From NCBI GenBank assembly GCA_041743165.1, contig JBGTNH010000020.1, positions 5,157 to 69,156 of the forward strand: a DNA stretch of 64,000 nt, given 5' to 3'. This DNA comes from Gillisia sp. GTDB lineage: Bacteria; Bacteroidota; Bacteroidia; Flavobacteriales; Flavobacteriaceae. Within the stretch, counting starts at the first letter, position 1. Each line of letters opens with the position of its first letter. Below the pieces are notes generated by a model, which made no database searches, had not been told where the DNA came from, and saw nothing but the letters and a program-made list of their open reading frames with translations. A program made the position numbers and the translations under genes. Below are positions 58,362-64,000 of this stretch, piece by piece.

Positions 58362-59431
58362 TGGAAATCAACCGACTCCAAACAGAAGCCATAGAGCTAT
58401 TAAAAGGACTGATTGAAACCCCTTCTTTTTCCAGGGAAGAAGACCGGTCTGCAAACCTTCTGGAGGAATGGTTTAAGAGATTTGAGATTCCTTTTAACCG
58501 GCACCTGAACAATGTCTGGTCCATCAATAAACATTTTGATCCTTCTAAACCAACGTTGTTGCTCAATTCTCATCACGATACAGTAAAACCGAACTCGGCT
58601 TATACCAATGATCCTTTTGTAGCAGAGGTTAAAGATGGAAAATTATTTGGTCTGGGTAGTAATGATGCCGGGGGATGTCTGGTTTCGCTGTTGGCTACAT
58701 ACACCTGGTATTACAAGCAGGAAGATCTAAACTATAATCTTGTCTTTGCGGGAACGGCTGAAGAGGAAATTAACGGAAATAACGGAATCGCATCTTTGCT
58801 TGCGTTGCTTCCTGAAGTTGATCTGGCCATTGTAGGAGAACCAACTTTGATGCATTTGGCAATTGCCGAAAAAGGTCTGGTGGTTTTTGATGCTGTTGTT
58901 AAAGGTACCCCATCCCATGCCGCACATCCGAACAACAATAACTCGATATATAAGTCGGCTGAAGTTTTGAAATGGTTTGAAAATTTCAAATTTGACAAGG
59001 TCTCCGATGTTCTTGGAGAGGTAAAGCTTACCGTAACCCAGTTCAAAGCGGGGAGTCAGCATAATGTCGTTCCGGCACAGGTAGATATGGTCATTGATGT
59101 TCGGGTAAATGACAAGTATTCCAATGCTGAAGTTGAAAGCATTTTGAAGAAAAACGCCCCGGTAGATGAAATAAAAGCCCGATCCTTAAGACTGAATTCC
59201 TCTTCAATTCCTGCCGATCATGAGTTGGTAATAGCGGGAATCTCGCTTGGAATGAAAACCTACGGGTCCCCCACCTTATCCGATCAGGCGATGCTTAACT
59301 GCCCTTCGGTAAAACTGGGTCCGGGGGATTCAACCCGCTCGCATTCGGCAGACGAATTCATTTATGTGATGGAAGTAGAAGAAGGGATAGAGATGTATAT
59401 TAACCTGCTGGAAAAGGTTTTAAAGGATTAG
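58361..59431 (+). CDS. argE: M20 acylcitrulline/acylornithine deacylase
   Basis: NSHHDTV, GLGSNDAG, AEEE, VGEPT, HSADEF. Confidence 0.85.
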   Translation: MEINRLQTEAIELLKGLIETPSFSREEDRSANLLEEWFKRFEIPFNRHLNNVWSINKHFDPSKPTLLLNSHHDTVKPNSAYTNDPFVAEVKDGKLFGLGSNDAGGCLVSLLATYTWYYKQEDLNYNLVFAGTAEEEINGNNGIASLLALLPEVDLAIVGEPTLMHLAIAEKGLVVFDAVVKGTPSHAAHPNNNNSIYKSAEVLKWFENFKFDKVSDVLGEVKLTVTQFKAGSQHNVVPAQVDMVIDVRVNDKYSNAEVESILKKNAPVDEIKARSLRLNSSSIPADHELVIAGISLGMKTYGSPTLSDQAMLNCPSVKLGPGDSTRSHSADEFIYVMEVEEGIEMYINLLEKVLKD

Positions 59432-59443
59432 AATTATTAACAA

Positions 59444-59495
59444 GTTAGATCCTGAATCCCGCCTGTATATTTCGGGCAGGCAAGTTCAGGATGAC
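59444..59495 (-). repeat. REP-like palindrome with a nested 23-bp hairpin
   Basis: Minus strand GTCATCCTGAACTTG-[CCTGCCCGAAATATACAGGCGGG]-ATTCAGGATCTAAC. Confidence 0.8.
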
Positions 59496-59509
59496 ACATA
59501 ATTAAAAAT

Positions 59510-60796
59510 ATGAAACTCTGGGAAAAAGGAATATCGATAGATAAGAAAATTGAAAAATTTACGGTTGGGAACGATCGCGAACTGGATATGTTCATAGCTA
59601 AATATGATATTATTGCTTCAAAGGCACATGCTAAGATGCTTGAGAAAGTCGGGATCCTCACTTCAGCAGAACTTTCAGATATTTTACGTGAGCTTGATAA
59701 ACTTCAGGCCCAGATCTCTGAAGGAACTTTCAGTATTGGTGAAGAATTTGAGGATGTTCATTCAAAAATTGAATTTGAGCTCACACAGCAATTAGGAGAT
59801 GCAGGAAAAAAGATCCATACAGCCCGCTCCAGGAACGACCAGGTTTTGGTAGCCATGCAGTTATATTTTAAAGAAAATTTGAAAGAAATAATGGGTCAGA
59901 CCAATGCTTTGATCGATGTGCTTTTGAAATTGGCAAATGAACATAAGGAGAAGGTTCTTCCCGGGTATACTCATTTACAGGTGGCAATGCCTTCTTCCTT
60001 CGGACTTTGGTTTTCGGCTTATGGCGAACTATTGATCGATGATCTTTATTTGCTTAATGCAGCGGTGAAAGTTGTGGATCAGAATCCGCTTGGGTCTGCA
60101 GCCGGTTACGGATCCTCATTTCCCATTGACAGAGAATTTACCACCAAGGAACTGGGATTTTCTACATTGAAATACAACGTAGTTGCTGCTCAAATGAGCA
60201 GGGGAAAATCTGAAAGAACAGTTACTTCTGTTATCGCTTCCCTGGCTAATACACTGGCGCGATTTGCGATGGACATCTGTTTATATATGAGTCAGAATTT
60301 TGATTTCATCACTTTCCCTGATGAACTTACAACAGGTTCCAGTATCATGCCCCATAAAAAGAATCCCGATGTTTTCGAACTTATAAGAGGCAAATCAAAT
60401 AAGCTGCAGGCAATATCCAATGAGATCATTCTTATTACCAATAATCTGCCGAGCGGATACCACAGGGACTTTCAGCTAATCAAAGAGAATAGCATTTATT
60501 CCGTAGAAAGCATGAAGGAAATCCTGGATGTTTTCACCCATTCCATTTCCCGGGTTCAGGTAAAGGATGTCGATCTGGGTGATGAGAAATATAAATATCT
60601 GTTTACCGTGGACAGTATAAATGATCTTGTAATGCAGGGTAATTCTTTTCGGGAAGCTTATATGGAAATAGGAAAGCAGGTTCAGGACGATTCTTACCAA
60701 CCCGGAAATTCGATAAAGCACATACATATTGGAAGTAAGGACAATCTTGTGCTGGAAGAAATTGAAAGAAAGAGAAGGGAAGCAGGGGAGAAGTAA
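59510..60796 (+). CDS. argH: Argininosuccinate lyase
   Basis: MKLWEKG, HTARSRNDQ, PGYTHLQ, GSSIMPHKKNPD. Confidence 0.96.
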   Translation: MKLWEKGISIDKKIEKFTVGNDRELDMFIAKYDIIASKAHAKMLEKVGILTSAELSDILRELDKLQAQISEGTFSIGEEFEDVHSKIEFELTQQLGDAGKKIHTARSRNDQVLVAMQLYFKENLKEIMGQTNALIDVLLKLANEHKEKVLPGYTHLQVAMPSSFGLWFSAYGELLIDDLYLLNAAVKVVDQNPLGSAAGYGSSFPIDREFTTKELGFSTLKYNVVAAQMSRGKSERTVTSVIASLANTLARFAMDICLYMSQNFDFITFPDELTTGSSIMPHKKNPDVFELIRGKSNKLQAISNEIILITNNLPSGYHRDFQLIKENSIYSVESMKEILDVFTHSISRVQVKDVDLGDEKYKYLFTVDSINDLVMQGNSFREAYMEIGKQVQDDSYQPGNSIKHIHIGSKDNLVLEEIERKRREAGEK

Positions 60797-60811
60797 GGTT
60801 TAATTACTAAA

Positions 60812-60972
60812 TTCAGGTTTATGGTTTATGGTTTATGGTTTCAGGTTTCAGGTTCAGGTTGGGGGTTTCAAGTTTCAGGTTTCAGGTTTCAAGTTCCTTG
60901 TCTCTTTTCTCTGGTCTATGGTCTCTTCTCTTTGGCACAACTCCTAACTCATAACCCCTAACTCCTAACTCA
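60812..60972. repeat. Facing heptamer arrays between convergent argH and MATE genes
   Basis: GGTTTAT x3, GGTTTCA xN, GTCTCTT-like units; then AACTCCT/AACTCAT/AACCCCT/AACTCCT up to the MATE stop. Confidence 0.88.
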
Positions 60973-62340
60973 ATTCCGGTACTTAAAAACCCTCAACTTC
61001 CAATATCCCATTTTAAGATAAGTGAATGCCACAATCGCGGCGATTAGATTTGAAATGGGAAATGCCCACCATATCCCTTCATGACCAAGGTCTGTGTTAT
61101 AAGATAGAATATAAGCGAGGGGGAACCTAACGACCCACAAACTTAGAATCGAGATCAGCATTGATGCTTTGGTAAATCCCGCGCCGTTGAACACTCCGTT
61201 GGTTACCTGTTGGACACCAAGCAGACCAAAACTGGGTGCCATAATTTTAATAAAAAGAGAACCGTCCCTTATTACATCGGGATCATTGGGTATGAAAAAT
61301 GCCGTGAGAGGTTCTGCAAATATGAAAAGCAGAAGCCCCAGGCCGGTGAGCCCAAAAAATGCAATCTTGTTACTGAGATTTGCAACTTGTTCAGCACGTT
61401 TTATTTTTCTTGCGCCAATATTCTGCCCTATCAATGAGGTAGTAGCGATACCCAGACCAAGTGCCGGTATAACAATTAAGCTAAGGATCCTTGCTCCAAT
61501 CCCATAAGCTGCCACGATCTCACTACCAAAACCTGTTACCAGGATCACCATCATGGTCATACCTAAAGCCCTTGTCGACTGTTCCACACTTGCAGGAAAG
61601 CCGAGATTGAAAATGCGTTTAAGGTTTAAAACATCAAAATACATTTTTTTCAGATTGATCTTAATCCCGTTTTTTCCTCTAAAAAGTATGAAAAGTCCAA
61701 TAGCTGCCGAAAGTCCCTGTGTGATTACACTTGCCCAGGCCGCCCCTGCCACTCCGTAGCCCGGAAGAGGCCCATACCCATATATTAAAAGTGGGTCCAG
61801 AATTAAGTTGAGAAAAACGGTAAGCAGGATGATATATACGGGAAGCATGACGTTTCCTATTCCCCGCATTAAAGACTGGAAAATAAAGAAGAGGAAAAGA
61901 AATACAAATCCCAGGGAGGAAACTTTAAAATAGGCTACGGAATCCTCGTAAATCTCCGCGCCCGCGCCTATAATACTCATTAATGGTCCTGCGGCATAAT
62001 AGCTCATTATGGCCAGCAATATGGAAATTATAAAAATGAGAAAAACACTTTGAGAGGAGGAGAAATCAACCATTTTCTGGTTTTCTGCTCCTTTATATTG
62101 AGCTACCATTACGGTCCCAGCAAGTGTAAGTCCGGATCCTATTGAAAGCACAAGAAACAAGACCGGAAAACTTAAACTGACGGCTGCCACAGCATTAGCA
62201 CCAAGTCGGCCAAGCCAGAAAGTATCTATAAGTTGGTAAGTAGTTTGAAGGATATTGGCAAATATGATGGGAAGGGCAAGGCTGACAAGCGAAGTAAGAA
62301 TTTTGCCTTCTGTATATTTGTTTTTGGGTGCAGCCTTCAT
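60970..62340 (-). CDS. MATE family efflux transporter
   Basis: SLALPII..NILQTTY.LIDTFWLGRLG, ILDPLLIYG, GVAGAAWA; about 12 TM. Confidence 0.92.
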   Translation of the reverse strand: MKAAPKNKYTEGKILTSLVSLALPIIFANILQTTYQLIDTFWLGRLGANAVAAVSLSFPVLFLVLSIGSGLTLAGTVMVAQYKGAENQKMVDFSSSQSVFLIFIISILLAIMSYYAAGPLMSIIGAGAEIYEDSVAYFKVSSLGFVFLFLFFIFQSLMRGIGNVMLPVYIILLTVFLNLILDPLLIYGYGPLPGYGVAGAAWASVITQGLSAAIGLFILFRGKNGIKINLKKMYFDVLNLKRIFNLGFPASVEQSTRALGMTMMVILVTGFGSEIVAAYGIGARILSLIVIPALGLGIATTSLIGQNIGARKIKRAEQVANLSNKIAFFGLTGLGLLLFIFAEPLTAFFIPNDPDVIRDGSLFIKIMAPSFGLLGVQQVTNGVFNGAGFTKASMLISILSLWVVRFPLAYILSYNTDLGHEGIWWAFPISNLIAAIVAFTYLKMGYWKLRVFKYRN

Positions 62341-62451
62341 TAGGGCAAAATTAAGGCAAATGAAAACCCGGGGCTATTAATTATTACTTAATATATTTAA
62401 GGAATATTTTCCGAATTTCAGTGGAAACTTTCCCGGGTAGTGGCAGTTATT

Positions 62452-62886
62452 TTACGTTATAAAAATCGTGAAAGATTTATGTTCAGTTCTTTCAAATTCA
62501 TAGTTTAAGACGTTAAAGTTTTCCAATGTGGGGGAGGAACAACATGAGTCATCGGCCGGAGCTACCTGGAGAATTATTGTTATTTCCAATTCCGGAGAGA
62601 GCACTAACCTATACTCATTATTTCCAACAATTTCCCCTATTACAGATTCAAGATTATTATCATTATTCAGCCAAACCGGTAGCGTCTCATTATTCGCATT
62701 TAGCAATGTTACGTCGGCAATGGTGAATGTATTATTGATAAATAAATTTTCCCCGCTTTCAGCGCTCACAATATTTAAGGTCAGAGGAGGCATTGGGGAA
62801 GTACATTGCACATCGTCACAATCGTTTGTAGTTTGGCAGGAAACCAAAACAGAAATAGAGATCAAAAAAAAGTAAATTTTTTTCAT
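62452..62886 (-). CDS. Hypothetical lipoprotein
   Basis: Lipobox LVSC; C..C and CC motifs. Confidence 0.7.
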   Translation of the reverse strand: MKKIYFFLISISVLVSCQTTNDCDDVQCTSPMPPLTLNIVSAESGENLFINNTFTIADVTLLNANNETLPVWLNNDNNLESVIGEIVGNNEYRLVLSPELEITIILQVAPADDSCCSSPTLENFNVLNYEFERTEHKSFTIFIT

Positions 62887-63032
62887 ATTAAATAACGAAA
62901 TTATTGGAGGGAAATGCCTGGAACAAGATATGCCTTTTCTTTAAAAACTAACATACAATATAGGAATTGGTTTTGGGATTGTAAACCTTGAATTAAGAGG
63001 GAAGATCTTTTAGGAAGTTTTATTTGAACGTT

Positions 63033-63130
63033 TTAAACTTTAAAATGGTTTGAACGATTGTCAAAACTAGTTAAAACTATAAATTCTTTTTTCGTGTATC
63101 TATAAAACATACCGCTAAGTTTTGATAATT
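63033..63130 (-). pseudogene. RelE/ParE toxin C-terminal remnant
   Basis: SKLSGMFYRYTKKEFIVLTSFDNRSN resembles the ParE-type C-terminus (xYRx..I.I...FDNRQ); lies downstream of an antitoxin-like gene. Confidence 0.45.
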
Positions 63131-63132
63131 CT

Positions 63133-63335
63133 AAAGCTCCCTTTTCAGAAGAAGAGGGGAAAATTTCTCTTCCTAAAGGAAGGGGAATGGGGGAGTTTGA
63201 TAAACTATAGTTTTTATTAATTTTTGGATTATAAAAGGAACCCTCCGTCTTAATCAGCCACTAACTTTTCCCATTTAAATCAACTTTGAGGTGGCTGATT
63301 AATCCACCTCCCTTTGAAAAAAAGGGAGGAGCTTT
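63133..63335. repeat. Inverted doublet of REP-like GC-rich palindromes
   Basis: AAAGCTCC (63133) ... GGAGCTTT (63335); internal CTCCCTTT/AAAGGGAG hairpin and 12-bp TTAATCAGCCAC/GTGGCTGATTAA stem. Confidence 0.65.
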
Positions 63336-63345
63336 TGATATAAAC

Positions 63346-63585
63346 TTAAATCCTGAGCCATTTTGAGTATTCCTCCATGACAGAATCATGGCTAATAAGA
63401 TTCTCACTATTGTAACTTTCCTCATAAGAAAGCAGGAGTTCCTCTTTTTCTTCATGGGAAAGGGCATCATACAATTTACCGGAAGTGGTTTTCTGCAATT
63501 GGTCTATTAAGAGATAGTAGCTATGCAGATCCTTTTCATCATCGATGGAATCTATAAGTTTATGAAAACGATCCTTTATTTTCAT
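63346..63585 (-). CDS. Small antitoxin-like protein (addiction-module type)
   Basis: 79 aa, acidic, ends LISHDSVMEEYSKWL, a pattern typical of Bacteroidota antitoxins upstream of ParE. Confidence 0.55.
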   Translation of the reverse strand: MKIKDRFHKLIDSIDDEKDLHSYYLLIDQLQKTTSGKLYDALSHEEKEELLLSYEESYNSENLISHDSVMEEYSKWLRI

Positions 63586-63648
63586 AATGTAATATACTAT
63601 AAATAAAAATAAGGAATTTCTGGAGCAAAAATAAGAGATATCAAAAAT

Positions 63649-64000
63649 TTAAAAACAAGCATCCCAAACAGGATCTTTTGGCGGCGGGGCAATTACATTT
63701 ATCTCCTCTTTACTCACAGGATGTGTAAATACCAGTTTCCTCGCATGAAGATGGATGCTGGCATCTTTATTACTTCTGTCAAATCCATATTTAAGATCGC
63801 CTTTAATAGGACAGCCTATGAAGGATAACTGACTCCTGATCTGGTGATGCCGACCTGTGTGCAGATCTATTTCCAGAAGGTAATAATTATCCAGCTTTTT
63901 CAATACCCGGTAATCCAGGACAGCTTTTTTGCTTTCAGGAACTTCTTTGATATGAGATACAGATTTATTTTGCTTGGGATTCCTTTTTAAATAATGGATT
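63649..64000 (-). CDS. RluA-family pseudouridine synthase (3' part)
   Basis: HTGRHHQIR, PIKGDLKYG, IHLHA; frame stays open to the window edge. Confidence 0.92.
   Translation of the reverse strand, partial: IHYLKRNPKQNKSVSHIKEVPESKKAVLDYRVLKKLDNYYLLEIDLHTGRHHQIRSQLSFIGCPIKGDLKYGFDRSNKDASIHLHARKLVFTHPVSKEEINVIAPPPKDPVWDACF

Overview
This 64-kb window is AT-rich chromosomal DNA from a Flavobacteriaceae-like Bacteroidota (inferred from TAnnTTTG promoters, AT-rich SD-less starts and gene content). It has no rRNA, tRNA, CRISPR array or intact transposase. Left to right it holds smpB; an ECF-sigma/ArsI-like pair and an mhq-like aromatic/thiol-stress cluster; an S9 peptidase, fhs, lysA and sucC; a galactose locus (symporter, galT, galK, NrtR-type regulator); a maltose/alpha-glucan locus (LacI, MFS, pgmB, GH65, GH13 remnant, GH31, two GH13); pfkA-gap; comM; a DUF2891-Nramp-pxpABC operon; a four-gene signalling cassette; a GNAT-nitrilase fusion; an 8-gene arginine operon; a MATE transporter; a broken TA module; and a partial RluA. 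The best candidate for an undescribed system is at 47.2-50.4 kb: small soluble protein + 7TM protein + sensorless histidine kinase + LuxR-type regulator. It contains two copies of an identical 20-bp palindromic operator, each abutting a divergent promoter predicted to make a ~100-nt RNA. The two RNAs end in co-varying hairpins that share an invariant 12-nt apex. The second candidate is two tandem Arg-rich leader peptides upstream of the arginine operon. All calls were made by eye; no database searches or folding programs were run.
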